Shown here: positions 14,681 through 29,683 of the stretch, piece after piece
How positions within the stretch are numbered: the stretch's first letter is position 1
How the letters are laid out: each line of letters starts with the position of its first letter
Source of the DNA: Eledone cirrhosa
Lineage: Eukaryota
DNA: 64,000 bases
Direction: 5' to 3'
Assembly: GCA_964016885.1 (NCBI GenBank)
Contig: OZ024743.1
Location: 255,874,001 to 255,938,000, forward strand
The notes under the pieces: model-generated
Databases searched by the model: none
Told to the model about the DNA's origin: nothing
What the model saw: the letters and a program-made list of their open reading frames with translations, nothing else
Translations under genes and position numbers: made by a program

Positions 14681-15006
14681 CTATTATTACACTATATTTT
14701 TAGATGACCAGTCTAGTAATGATTTTGTTGATATGTATATGTTGGCAGTAATAGCAACAGTGGTGGTAGTTATGTAGCCTTAGACATGTTGAGATGGTCA
14801 GCTCTACTTGATTAATGCTGAAACGGGACTAAACGACAACAATAATATTGAAATGGGCCCCTATATATTTGCCTATCCTGCAAGAAATTGCAGCCAAATA
14901 TCTCTCAACTCACACTCTGTTATCTTAGATAAGAAGAAATTGTATAATCTGGATCTGTGTTTCCTGCACAAATGGAAAATGTGATGGCCATGGCTGGAAT
15001 TCCTTC

Positions 15007-15198
15007 TATGAGAATCAGCTGGAAAGTTCATAGGCTGATGAAGATACTCTTATGGAATGCCCAAATAAGCTTTATTTTTCTTGGAAAGAAACAATGCAGC
15101 TATTAACAAGAAGATTTGAAATTATTGCATGCAAGATGTCACAGCTCTAACATCACTCCTACATTGTTATCCTAAGAACTTTTCAGTTGATCCTTGTA
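15007..15198. mobile_element. Tc1/mariner-derived MITE
   Basis: Imperfect TIRs TATGAGAATCAGCTGGAAAGTTCATAGG ... CCTAAGAACTTTTCAGTTGATCCTTGTA with TA ends. A related left end lies at 37204-37345. Confidence 0.6.
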
Positions 15199-18100
15199 TC
15201 GTACATCTCCTCAATCAGGTTGACCTGGGGTTAAACAATAGAAATCACTTTTATCATGAATGCCACGTATACTGACAGAAACATTATTACCATCCTCCTC
15301 CTCATCATTATTACTATGGTTATCACCTCCACGAATCAATGAAGAAGCCTTCAGGTGGTCGCTTGATCTGCTAGAAATAGATGCCAAGTCGCCCTCATAT
15401 CACACCCTACTATCTAAGAAAAAAAGCACATTGGATAATGCAGTCCAGATTTCCCTACACATAGCAAAAGACGGGATGCTCAGAGATGGAACAGCTTTGA
15501 TCATAAGACTACTTAATCTGGTCTGACCTGAGATTGAACATCACCATCTACATTTGATTACGCCCACTCCTGTTCCACACAAACAACATCATCGTCATCA
15601 TCATCACCAGAACTAACATCAATATCAGCATCATCATCATTACAAACATACTATCACCTCCACTCTTGCTCTATAGCTACACTTTCCATTGCCCTCACCA
15701 CTACCACCAGCTCATCACCTCTATTACCACCATTATCTATACCATTTAAATAAAATCCTACAACCAATAATCATCACCAACAACCCCACACTACCACCAC
15801 CAACTCTACCAACATAAATACTACCACAACAACCACTACCAACACTATCAACACGACCATCTCTATTGCCATCACCAACAAAAGTACCACCACTTTCTTC
15901 AATACCAATATCATTACCAACATCACTGCCAATCACAATCACCATCACCACCACCACCAATGACGCACAAGAATGTTCATTATCACACCCGTTATTGCCA
16001 CAAACACCAACAATAACAACTTTGACAATAGTGTGCAATACTGCAGTTCCAGTGCACCAATTCAATGACACCAGTAATTCTTGAAATGCATTATTTCAAA
16101 CGATATTCAAATCACATTGACAACTGATCATGGTGTTGCATAATTATGGAGGTGAGTGTGTGCATTTGGCTGCATAATATCAGTTAATACCATAGGGGAG
16201 TACAGTGTGGGGGAGGCATGGGGAGTGGGTTTGGTAGGGGTGGAGCAAGGATTGAAAGGAGGGAATATTTAATCTTGCTTCAACCATTTTCCCAAAGGCC
16301 CACAATGGGGGAATGTGGGAATAGTGAAATGTTATTTAATGTAAATCGCTACTTAGCTAACAATATAACATTGTTATACATACTTTGTCTCTTATGGAAA
16401 TGTGGCAGCGATAGTTAAGTACTGGAGTAATTGTTCTTTTAACCCTTCCATTACAATATTTCTAATAAATATCACTACATAAGATTTTCAGCTAAATTTG
16501 AAAATAATCAAGAAATTGGAGAGATTTAATGATATAACATTCTCATTTTCAGGCTGTGTTTCGAACATAAATGTTCTCTCATTAAATTATGCTAAAGCTT
16601 TTTAGATAAAAATAAACACTTTAACTCTTTCATTACCATATTTCTAATGAAATTCACTGCCTATAATTTCGAAATAATTTTTAAATAATCAAGAATGTGA
16701 AGGGGTTTAGTAATAGAACTAAATTTCAATTTTTAAATTGTTTAGTATGTATTATATATCTTATGAAATTTTCTTACATAAATTATGATGGAAAAGATTT
16801 AGGTAAATATAAACACCTTAAAATGAACAGCTTTGGATCATTAGAACCAGGGACAGTTTCAAGTAGTTTGGTATCAAAAGAGTTAAATATTTCATCATCT
16901 CCCATCATGCTGTAAGTTCAGATCCTAGTCATGATAAAATAAATACAGGCTAAGTATTTTTGTCAGTTAAGTGAATTACATTTTTTCCCACAAAATATTT
17001 TTATTATTGCTTGGTCAAGGTCTCCTAGACTGATGAGAGGGAATAGAAGGAAGCATACCCAAACAATAAACCTCTACTTCAGACACCGCTCTGTCTAATG
17101 GCATAGTGGTTAAACTGGACAAATCCACTAAAGACATCATAGAGCTTGGTGGTAATAGGGCATTAAACTTGGTAAAAAATTAATTCTACAAAACAAGGGC
17201 CTTGTGGTGTGGTGTTGTTAAAATGAGCAAATCAACTAAAGACAGTGAAGAACATTGTGGTGATGAAATGGTGGTGGTGGAGTGTTATATGTGGTAAATC
17301 TACCAGCCAAGCACCTGGTGGAGTGGTGTTAAGCTGGGTGATAGATTATGCCTACTACCCAAGTAAGCAACAGTGGCATTTGAACTCATAAAATAAAGAG
17401 CCAAAACAAATAATGACAAGCATCCCAATGTACACTCTCTCAATTACATCAGTCCATCATCATCATCTACACCACTCACAATATCATCCTCACCACTACC
17501 TTCATAATCATCCTCATCAATACCATCATCACCATAACTGCCATAACCAACAACAACAACAACACCATCATGCCAACATCTCCACCACCATAGCCCTCAC
17601 CACTATTATCATCACTATCACTACCACCATTATCTATCATTACCATTGCCAACACCCTCATCACCACCACCACCATCATCATCACCAACACTACCATCAA
17701 CATTATTAGCCTCATCATCACCACTATAAACACCAACACTGACCACCACTTCTACTACCACCAGCAACATCATCAACACATACCAAAATATAGTAATGAA
17801 TGCATGTACATTTTTAATGTTAAAAGATTTCTCTAATTTTATATTCCTATTTTCTTCACCTCCATCTCTCTTTCCCTCGATCTCACTTTACCTACCTTCC
17901 TAATTCTCTGTACTTATCTCCCATTCTCCTTTTCTCATCCTATCTCTCTCTCTCTCTCTCTCTCCTCTGTATGTCCTTCCCATCTCATTTTCTTTCTCTT
18001 TATCTCCCTCTCTTCATCTCCTCACTTTATCTCCTCCTTTTCTCTTTGTCCTTCTCACCATTCTTTCACCTTCACCACCACCAGCACCACTTTCCAAATT

Positions 18101-19155
18101 AAAATATTATTTTCCAATAAAAGTATTATCTTTATTGATAGTTCATTTACATATATTCAGTTTTCTAAACAAAATATTGTCCATTATTAAACACCAACAA
18201 AATAGGAGGAATGTCTATCAATTTACACACACTAATCACCATTGTCTACCTTCAAAGGTAGATGACTTTTGTTGTTGTGGAGGTGGTGATTGACCTTGTC
18301 TTTGATATTATTGTTGTTATTGTCATTGTTGTTGGTGTTGTTAATTGTTTTATTGGTATCACTAAGCTGTTGGCACTGGTAGTGGTATAATTGTTCTGGT
18401 TGGCAGTGCTGTTGTTGTTGATATTGTTGTTGTTATTGGTGTTGCTGTTGTTGAAGGTGGTATTGTTATTGGTGTTGCTGTTGGTGGTGGTGTTGTTATT
18501 GGTTAGCTTAGTCTTGCTATTAGTATTGTTGTAATATTGTGGTTGTTGTCTTTTAAAATGAATGTATAAATAAATATAATTCAAAAAATATATTTTGTAT
18601 TTTCATTTGCTTATTAGTATATTCAAATTTTGCTTTCAGTTCAATTAAAAATGGTAGCATTTTCTGTTTTTTATTTTTATTCCACCATCATCAATATTGC
18701 TGTTGTCATCATCAACATTACAACCACTAATGTTATCATCATCATCTTATTCTTCATTATCACCACCCCCATCATCATCAACTTCAACATCAATATCTCC
18801 ATCATCATCATTGTCAGAACTTGTACCAGATCTCCAGCTTCAAGAAATCCTCCCTGCTCCTTCCCTTTCTCTAGTCTTAGAGACCCTGAGAAAGTGTCAC
18901 AAGCAATAGTCTTCTGCCCCACAAGTATTAGAAGCTCTGAAGAAGTGGTATGAGCATTGTCCTTTCCTTCACTACACAGAGGGAAAACAACAAAAGTAAA
19001 ATTTGTGCCATTGATGTATTTTTCAGTGACAATAACAATACTGGGTGATAAACATATGCAGAGCATACTGTGTTGAAAATATTGAAAACAGAGCTCTGGT
19101 TCAACCCATTTGTGACCAAATTTTTAATGAAATGCAGGCTATTTCAATTAATTAA

Positions 19156-19342
19156 TTGTTTCTACTTTAGGCACAAGGCCAGCAATTACCCAGTGCATTA
19201 CTGGTACTTTATTTTATCGACCCCATAAGGATGAAAGGCAAAGTCAACCTCAGTGGGATTTGAACTCAGATCGTAAAGGGACGTAAATATGCTGGAAAGC
19301 ATGGCGTCTGACCCTCTACTGATACTGCCAATCCACTGCCCT
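19156..19342 (-). mobile_element. tRNA-derived SINE (octopus-type)
   Basis: Minus strand: GGGCAGTGGATTGGCAG A-box-like head, GAGTTCAAATCC B-box, central TTTGCCTTTCATCCTT..GGGGTCGATAAAATAAAGTACCAG, tail GTAGAAACAATT. Confidence 0.85.
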
Positions 19343-22300
19343 TCAATTAATTAATGAAGAACTTTAAGGAATTTATAAAATTATTAACTATTTCATTATC
19401 AAGGTTATAATTTAACATATGGTTCTTATATAAAATTGTTAAAAAATTTTCATTGAAATAGGAACTCTTAAATTTTGTTGGCTATGTTTTGTAGATCAAG
19501 AACTGGTTTGGGTTGTGTTTGTATCAAAGGCGATATGGATATCTTCTTCCCTTACTCTCACCACTGTTGCGGGGGGGGGGGGGCTTAAAAGGGGGTCATG
19601 ATCTTTGTCCTGCACTTCTTGAATAAACATAAAAAAAAAGAACGAGATTCCATGACATTGATGTGTTTTTCAGAAACAATGGCAATACTTTTGATGAGAA
19701 ATATTTTTAAGGAGACATTTTAAATAGGAAGTCAGATTTAATCCAGTGGAAGTGTTTCTTTTGATCCCTGGCTATAGCTTTTAGACATATTAACATCGTC
19801 AATGTTATGTACGTATATACATGCCTATGTATGTGAGTGTATATATAGGAGCTATGTAATATGCATATATGTATGTGTATATATATATGTATGCGCGTGT
19901 GTGTATATGTGTGTGTGTGTATATATATATATGTGTGCATGTGTATATATATATATATATCATGCATTAGCTTCATTTCTTGAAGAGACATAAACACGCT
20001 CTATCTCTCCTCCCCACTAAAACATAACAGTTTATGGTATATCAAAATTTTTAAAACATTTGATATTAATGGAACAAGGTATATATAATGCTATGTATAA
20101 GGTATATATAATATTTAATGTTAACTAGCAAAGAGGCATACATGGAAATATGTTATGAGATCAAAGAGACAGCAAAAGGAACATGAGTAGAAACTCACAT
20201 ACAAAACATTTCCCCTGAACGATGTTTTCGTAATGTGGCAGGTTTCCATATATTATAAGCCAACATTAGATCAAAGAGGTGTCCCACAACATTATCACAT
20301 TATCTGTTTAGTAGAAAAAAAAACATTTTTTTTTAATATCTGCATCAAGTGATTTTTGAGCCTGACTCTATCGAGAAGTAGGGAGAAACTATACCTAAAA
20401 TATGTTTACATTTCAAACACATTTTTATTCCCCACCTCTGAATCAAGATTTTAAGATATATGTTTTTGTTGTTGCAGATAACATTGTAGTTAACCTTGCT
20501 GTTATCATTGTTGTTGTAACATCTATATTTCCTCTTTTATCTACTACAAACAAACCATTCGATTTTTCAATGTTCGTAGACTTAAGACATATATATATGT
20601 GCACATATATGTATATGTGTGTTTATATTTATTTATTTATGTATGTATATATCTATATTTATATCTATATATAATAAGACGCATAGAGATATATGGAGGC
20701 ATGGCCATGTAGAAGCTTACGTCAGAACTGGACCATGTGTAGTACTGATTTCCAAACTTTTATGGAAATGCTAAACACACACACACACACACACATGTAC
20801 ATATATATATATATATATATATAATAGACACAGCCATGGCTGCGTGCTTATGACGTTTGCTTCTGAACGACTGTGTAGCATCCATCTGCAAGTGTATTCT
20901 ATTATATCCTCATACTGAACAATGCTTTGAGCATTAATACTGTAGATGGAAATTGTAAGGAAGTGCATTATGCGTATATACATATATATTGATCACAGGA
21001 TGATAGAATGTTTGCAGAAATAATGGAATTGTTTCAAAAGTTCATTTATTCTGTGCCCCTTACATGTGTTTCAATATGCCACACATAATTTTTTTTTTCT
21101 GATGTGTTGATTCATTAGATTTTAATTCCTACCTTTGATTAAACAAATGAATTGTTTTACATCTATAAACAGGATGTGGATTTGTTGGGTACATTTCATC
21201 AGAGGACAATTTCCTAGATTACAATCTGTTGTTACACACTAGTTTATTTATTTGCTTATGTGTATATGATTTTATGGGGAGATTAAGAAAGGCATCCACT
21301 CATAGAACACTTCCCAAACAAAGCATCTGGAAGAAATTTTAGTTGTGTCAAAGATGCGAAAACCTCTCTTGTACTGGGTACAAGATAAAATGCACTTGGT
21401 AGAGTATAAGAACATTCCATAAGTGAGATGCAAGCCCCCAGCTCATTTAGAGCACCTAACAAAGTGCAGGAATGAAAGTAAATGAGATGGAGGTCTCCAG
21501 ACTATGTGACAGGTCAGTAGTTCTATTTGAGAATTGACATGGAAAACAAATATTAAATGATAGGGATAATTGGGTTCTTTGTGTATGTAGTAATGAGTAG
21601 CTCAATCAAATATAAGAATCAGCTTAGGGGTTGAAGATTATAAATATATATATATATCATCATCATCATCATCATCATCATCATGATTTTACGTCCGCTT
21701 ATATATGATATAGAATGATAGACAAATAGATAGCAATATCAATGAGTATGATGTTAGTTGTTATAGCATTTGTAGTATAAATTATGCTGTGTTGATGGAA
21801 GTACTATTTTCTTTATGACTGTTAATAATATCGAGGGACATCTGCGATCACTATTTTCATCTGTATTGGTTTCACCTTCTCTGACACAACATGCAGTTGA
21901 TGTTAAATTGATGACAAATTAGTTGGTGATATCTACAAGGGAAATGCAGGCACAAACTATATGTGATGATGATGATGAGGATGATGATGGTGATGATAGT
22001 GATGATAATGATGATGGCAAAACTGATGATTATGATGATACATATAAGTGTATATACATACATTTGTGTGTATATATACATATATATGTAAGGATAATTG
22101 TTTCTACTTTAGGCACAAGGCCAGCAATTACCCAGTGCATTACTGGTAATGGAGGTGCTAATGATGAAGAAGGCAATGAGGATGACAGTGATTAATAAAG
22201 ATGATGATGATGATATATGACAGCTGTCATTTGTATAAAAATTATTTGTAAATGTAAAGTAGTGATTTACATATATATATATATATATACATACAAATAT

Positions 22301-22654
22301 AAGTACACACACATGCTTGCATGTATACATGCATATACACACACATGCATGCTTACATGCATACATACATACATATATATATACATACATACACATACAT
22401 ACATGATAATTAAGATGTTTCACTGTTATGAGAAGAGAGATATAGCAAACACACCAAAACAAATATGGAGCAATAAAAACAACACAAAACACACATATAC
22501 TCAGACACAAAAAAATAAAATGATATAAAGTAAAATACTGGATATGGTGTAGTGTGTTTAGTGTAGTGTGTTTAGTACATCATTAAACTAACTAAACAAA
22601 TAAAATGAATTATTAAAACATAAATAATAATAATAACAATAATGATAATAATAA

Positions 22655-23777
22655 TTGTTTCTACTTTTGGTACAAGGCCAGCAATTATCCTAGTGTATGA
22701 CTGGTAGTTTATTTTATCGACCCTGTAAGGATGATAGGCAAAGTTAACTTCGGTAGGATTTGAACTCAGACCATAAAGGGCCGTAACGCTGCAAAGCATG
22801 GCATCCAACCCTCTACCGATACTGCCAATCCACCGATAATAATAATGCTTTCTTTATTAACCACAAGGGATAACATAAAGTATAACATTAAGGACAGTAC
22901 AGGACAGTACAAATGGGCATTTCTGCATGTAAGGAAAAAAGCAATAACAAAGGAAGTAACAAAATAAATGAAACAAATGAATATTCCCCAACAGTGGGGA
23001 GGGGGGGGGGGGGCTCTGAGGGACCTTTGTGGAGAAAGCCCAGAAAAGGCCTCAATGATCCTGACCACCAGGGCAAGTGCCCACTCCTAGTTTTTCACCT
23101 CCAATTTACTGGCGCATACTCAGAGCAGGCCCATTCACTCGAGTCATGCTCACATAATAATAATAATAATAATTGTTTCTACTTTAGGCACAAGACCAGC
23201 AATTAACCAGTGCATTACTGGTACCTTATTTTATCGACCCTGTAAGGATGAAAAGCAAAGTAAACCTCGGCGAGATTTGAACTCACCGTAAAGGGACGTA
23301 ACTATGCTGGAAAGCATGGCATCCGACTCTCCACCGATACTGCCAATCCACTGCCCTCATAATAATACTTTTGGCATAAGGCCAGCAATTACACCAGTGC
23401 ATTACTGGTGCTTTATTTTATTGACCCCGTAAAGATGAAAGGCAAAGTTAACCTCGGCAGATTTGAACTCAGACTTAATGGGCCATTGCTCTATGCTGCA
23501 ATGCATAGTATCGGACACTCTACCAATACTGCCAAACCACCAATAATACTTATAATAATAGTAGTTTCTTATATAGACACAAGGCCCGTAATTTGGGGGG
23601 AGGGGAAAGTCGATTAAATCGACCCCAGTGCGTGACTGGTACTTTATTTTATCGACCCCATAAGGATGAAAGGCAAAGTTAACCTCGGCGGGATTTGAGC
23701 TCAGATCATAAAGAGCCGTAACTCTATGCTGCAAAGCATGGCGTCCGACCCTCTACCGATACTGCCCATCCACCGCC
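22655..23777 (-). mobile_element. Cluster of four SINE copies (22655-22835, 23172-23356, 23366-23541, 23562-23777) with a LINE 3' fragment (22838-23150)
   Basis: Same B-box and central motif as 19156-19342, with (AAT)n tails. Confidence 0.85.
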
Positions 23778-23779
23778 AT

Positions 23780-23819
<40 letters not shown>

Positions 23820-24171
23820 GTAATAATAAAGAAACAAAAAAAGCAACAAAAATACATAAGCAACATATGTTTAGTCACAGTGGAACATGGAACTTAACAG
23901 TTTGTGTTGCATTTAGGTTGCAGCAAGAGAGAGAGAGAGGCGGGGGGTTTGTGTGTCTTTCAAAAGTAACATATATGATAAGCTAATGTTTTAATATGTT
24001 GGTCATAACATACACAACATATGCTAGGCAACAGCACATGATATCACTGTTGACATTCATGCAAATGTTTACACTTTGTTTCATCATGAACATACACACA
24101 AATAAACGGTGCAGTGTGTATATGTACATATTTATAAACACACATATATATATGTGTGTATGTGTAAGTAT

Positions 24172-24216
<45 letters not shown>

Positions 24217-24734
24217 AAAAAGTATGACCCCGACGGCAGAGCTCAGGCCGTTTCGACGGCTATTTCTGGACTATATATATCATCATCATCATCATAATCA
24301 TCATCATTTTATACCGCTTTTCCCTGCTTGCAAGGGTGGGATGGTCTTATATATATATTTATGTATATATACACATACATACATATATTTAACCATATAA
24401 GTGTATACAAACGCACATAAATATATATACACATATTCATCTATATATATTATGTATACATATATACAGACACACATATTGAACATGTACAAATATACAT
24501 GGGCTATATGTATGGATTCTGTCAATACATGCATTTAAATCTTTTCTCATTTATCTACTTAGTTACACACACACATACACACACATACACATACACATGC
24601 ATGCATACAAATATGTGTGTATATTCATAAATATACACATAAATATATGTGTATATACATAAATGTGTATACATATATGCGTGTGTGTATATATATATGT
24701 ATATGTGTGTAGTCATGTGTATATACGTATGTAT

Positions 24735-25230
24735 ATATATGTGTCTGTGTGTGTCTGTATATTCATGTTTATATACATATATGTATATATATGTGTCTAT
24801 GTGTGTCTGTATATTCATGTTTATATACATATATGTATATATATGTGTGTCTGTGTGTGTCTGTATATTCATGTTTATATACATATGTGTATATATATAT
24901 ATGTCTGTGTGTGTCTGTATATTCATGTTTATATACATATATGTATATATATGTGTGTCTGTGTGTGTCTGTATATTCATGTTTATTTACATATATGTGT
25001 CTGTGTGTGTCTGTATATTCATGTTTATATACATATATGTATATATATGTGTCTGTGTGTGTCTGTATATTCATGTTTATATACATATATGTATATATAT
25101 GTGTGTCTGTGTGTGTCTGTATATTCATGTTTATATACATATATGTGTCTGTGTGTGTCTGTATATTCATGTTTATATACATATATGTATATATATGTGT
25201 CTGTGTGTGTCTGTATATTCATGTATATAT
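24735..25230. repeat. About 50-bp minisatellite (about 10 copies)
   Basis: Unit GTGTCTGTGTGTGTCTGTATATTCATGTTTATATACATATATGTATATATAT with length variants. Confidence 0.9.
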
Positions 25231-25717
25231 ACAAGAACAACATAGCTACAGCCACAACATATGTTTGTGTGTGTATGTATGTCTACATATGTTTACACTC
25301 ATATGTACAAACATCACCTTATATGTATATATTGGTATACACAGATATTAATGAAATATGTCTGTCTGTTGTACATTTACTAAACTATCTTGCTTACAGA
25401 CACATTCTACTTGACATTATCTTCACCACAATCCAGATTGTTTGAACATAATACAACCACAACATACACAACACTACAGTCTCAAAAACAAAATAGCTAC
25501 AACCAAAAGGACAACGCCACGGCGATAGCGAAAACAAATCAACTACAACCTCAAAAACAACCCAGCGACAACCACCAGAATAACAACACAACTACAGCCT
25601 CATAAACAACAAAGCTACTACCAAAATAACAACAGCAACAACCACAACAACATAACCACAAAAACATAACTACAACTACAGCTATAGCCACGTCAACATG
25701 GTTACAGCCATCACAAC

Positions 25718-27957
25718 ACACACAGCTACAACCACAAGAACAACACAGCTACAGCCACAACAACATATCTACAATCACAACACAGCTACAACTACAATAA
25801 CAACACAGCTACAGCCACAACAACATATCTACAATCACAACACAGCTACAACCACAAGAACAACACAGCTACAGCCACAACAACATATCTACAATCACAA
25901 CACAGCTACAACTACAATAACAACACAGCTACAGCCACAACAACATATCTACAATCACAACATGGCTACAACTACAAGAACAACACAGCTACAGCCACAA
26001 CAACATATCTACAATCACAACACAGCTACAACTACAATAACAACACAGCTACAGCCACAACAACATATCTACAATCACAACACAGCTACAACTACAAGGA
26101 CAACATAGCTACAGCCACTAAAACATATCTACAATCACAACATGGCTACAACTACAAGAACAACACAGCTACAGCCACAACAACATATCTACAATCACAA
26201 CACAGCTACAACCACAAGAACAACATAGCTACAGCCACAACAACATATCTACAATCACAACACAGCTACAACTACAATAACAACATAGCTACAGCCACAA
26301 CAACATATCTACAATCACAACACAGCTACAACTACAAGAACAACATAGCTACAGCCACAACAACATATCTACAATCACAACATGGCTACAACTGCAAGAA
26401 CAACATAGCTACAGCCACAACAACATATCTACAATCACAACACAGCTACAACTACAATAACAACATAGCTACAGCCACAACAACATATCTACAATCACAA
26501 CACAGCTACAACTACAAGAACAACACAGCTACAGCCACAACAACATATCTACAATCACAACATGGCTACAACTACAAGAACAACACAGCTACAGCCACAA
26601 CAACATATCTACAATCACAACACAGCTACAACTACAATAACAACATAGCTACAGCCACAACAACATATCTACAATCACAACATGGCTACAACTACAAGAA
26701 CAACACAGCTACAGCCACAACAACATATCTACAATCACAATATGGCTACAACTACAAGAACAACACAGCTACAGCCACAACAACATATCTACAATCACAA
26801 TATGGCTACAACTACAAGAACAACATAGCTACAGCCACAACAACATATCTACAATCACAACACAGCTACAACTACAATAACAACATAGCTACAGCCACAA
26901 CAACATATCTACAATCACAACACAGCTACAATCACAAGAACAACATAGCTACAGCCACAACAACATATCTACAATCACAACACAGCTACAACTACAATAA
27001 CAACATAGCTACAGCCACAACAACATATCTACAATCACAACACAGCTACAACTACAAGAACAACACAGCTACAGCCACAACAACATATCTACAATCACAA
27101 CACAGCTACAACTACAATAACAACATAGCTACAGCCACAACAACATATCTACAATCACAACACAGCTACAACTACAATAACAACATAGCTACAGCCACAA
27201 CAACATATCTACAATCACAACACAGCTACAACTACAAGAACAATACAGCTACAGCCACAACAACATATCTACAATCACAACATGGCTACAACTACAAGAA
27301 CAACACAGCTACAGCCACAACAACATATCTACAATCACAATATGGCTACAACTACAAGAACAACATAGCTACAGCCACAACAACATATCTACAATCACAA
27401 CACAGCTACAACTACAATAACAACATAGCTACAGCCGCAACAACATATCTACAATCACAACACAGCTACAATCACAAGAACAAGATAGCTACAGCCACAA
27501 CAACATATCTACAATCACAACATGGCTACAACTACAAGAACAACACAGCTACAGCCACAACAACATATCTACAATCACAACACAGCTACAACTACAATAA
27601 CAACACAGCTACAGCCACAACAACATATCTACAATCACAACACAGCTACAACTACAAGAACAACATAGCTACAGCTACAACAACATATCTACAATCACAA
27701 TATGGCTACAACTACAATAACAACATAGCTACAGCTACAACAACATATCTACAATCACAACACAGCTACAACTACAATAACAACATAGCTACAGCCACAA
27801 CAACATATCTACAATCACAACACAGCTACAACTACAAGAACAACATAGCTACAGCCACAACAACATATCTACAATCACAACACAGCTACAACTACAAGAA
27901 CAACACAGCTACAGCCACAACAACATATCTACACTCACAATATGGCTACAACCACAT
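25718..27957. repeat. 60-bp tandem satellite, about 37 copies
   Basis: Unit CAACACAGCTACAGCCACAACAACATATCTACAATCACAACACAGCTACAACTACAAGAA stays in register with the 60-nt lines, with no indels. Confidence 0.97.
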
Positions 27958-28754
27958 CAAGAGCATAACTATAACCACCACTACAATACCAGCATGTACA
28001 CCAATAGCTCTACTATAAATATAATACCAACAACCAGAGCACCTACACCAAACCCAACAATATCAATGGCACCAATAACACCACAAACAACAACTCCAAC
28101 TCTATCACCACCCCACCCCACCCCTAACAACACCAACACCACCACTCCTTATAACAATACCAACACCACCTATATCAACACAAACAATACTGCAACACCA
28201 CAACCAACAACAACAACTTATTTTAGTTTATATTCTTCCAAATATAAACATTATATATAACCCACCACCGCCATTAACACCTACTCACTCTGTGATGCCT
28301 CTTATTGATAAAATATCTATACTCTTTGCCTCTTATGCTATTGTAAATGATATAATTTATTATCAGACTGACTGTGTTAATTAGCCCAGTACCAAATTGT
28401 TTAATTGGTCATTATAGAATTCAAATAAAACATACTGTTATATAGTCATAAATAAGTAGAAGTGTATATAATGGCTTTCATAGAAACTATAATGGTGGAG
28501 ACCTTCATTGTGCTTAGGCCCTAGACCACAGCCCTACTCACTATTAGAGCAGACTTGGTTACCTGCAGGAATGAGCCCCATAATATGGAATGGCTATTTC
28601 AAAATGTTGCCCTTGCAACTGCCTGGGGTTATCTCTCTTCTGTACAGTGGGACCATGAATCGGCATGCACCTGAGTTTCAGCACATCGGAGTGCACTCTC
28701 TCACATTGTCCAGGCATATTATTGTGAAAGTAATGTTGGTCTATGTAATGTTAA

Positions 28755-28976
28755 TATAGGGCCTAAGCACAATGAAAGAAATCCTAGTAGAGGGAAGATG
28801 CAATCAAGAGAGACCACGAACAATATGGACGGAAGCAGTGAGACAGACCTCAGATCGCTGAAGCTCACGGGGAAGATGACAAAGTACCATGACGAATGGA
28901 GAGATTCCGTACTGAATAAAATCTCTCCCACCCTTGCAAGCAGGGAAAAGGGGACGTAAAATGATGATGATGATGA
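28755..28976 (+). mobile_element. RTE-like LINE 3' end
   Basis: Degenerate (K/R)RPRTIWTEAVRQ..DEWRDSV-type C-terminus and a GGACGTAAAATGATGATG tail. Confidence 0.65.
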
Positions 28977-29683
28977 TATATATATACATACATACACCCA
29001 CAGAGTATCAAGACTGGACTGAACTGTTTGTTATAGTTTCATGAATGTTCTAACAAATATACATGTTTTGCATCATTAATCATAACACAAACACTAAAGA
29101 GATTGTCAAGTTTTCAGCATGACTAATGAGTCCTCTTTAATCTACAATGTCTCAATTTCATCCCCAACCCATTTACAGATTGTATGGGCCGCATGTTATT
29201 GTGGCATCAGTAATTGTGAGGTTCCATTGCCCACTGGAAAGACCTGTTCACTTTATGCAGCCACTGATCTTTCAAGGTAAACATGTGATGTTCATTTGAT
29301 GAGCTGTGACGACCAAGGGTTGAAAGAGGAGAGAGTATGATTTCAGTGTGAAATGGTAGAAGTGGCAAAGGGAGGAAACAACATGTCCGTGAGCCAGAAG
29401 CCGAAGTGGCATTAACAGCAATCCCCAAGAAGCAGGGATCACTTTAGTAGTGCTAGATCAGACAGGGAGAGGAGACAGTGTATCTGTCAGTGAAAAAGTG
29501 GAGAGTATCAAAGAGTGATTTAAACTGATTTATTGAATAGCAATTTTTTAACCTGGATGGTGAGATAAACAGATCTAAAATGATTATGATATCTTAAACT
29601 ATTCTAAATACAAACATTTGATATTAAGTCTTTCTAAGTTAGAATAAATAACATATACACACACACCTAAATAAATAGTCTTT

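Noticed and set aside
15033-17070. CTGATGA heptamers at about 15034 and 17029
   Set aside because: No GAAA or stems in HHR geometry; the first lies inside a mariner-like MITE.
17413-18953. His-, Asn- and Ile-rich short ORFs
   Set aside because: They come from cryptic trinucleotide repeats (CAT/CAC/AAC) with no domain or splice evidence.
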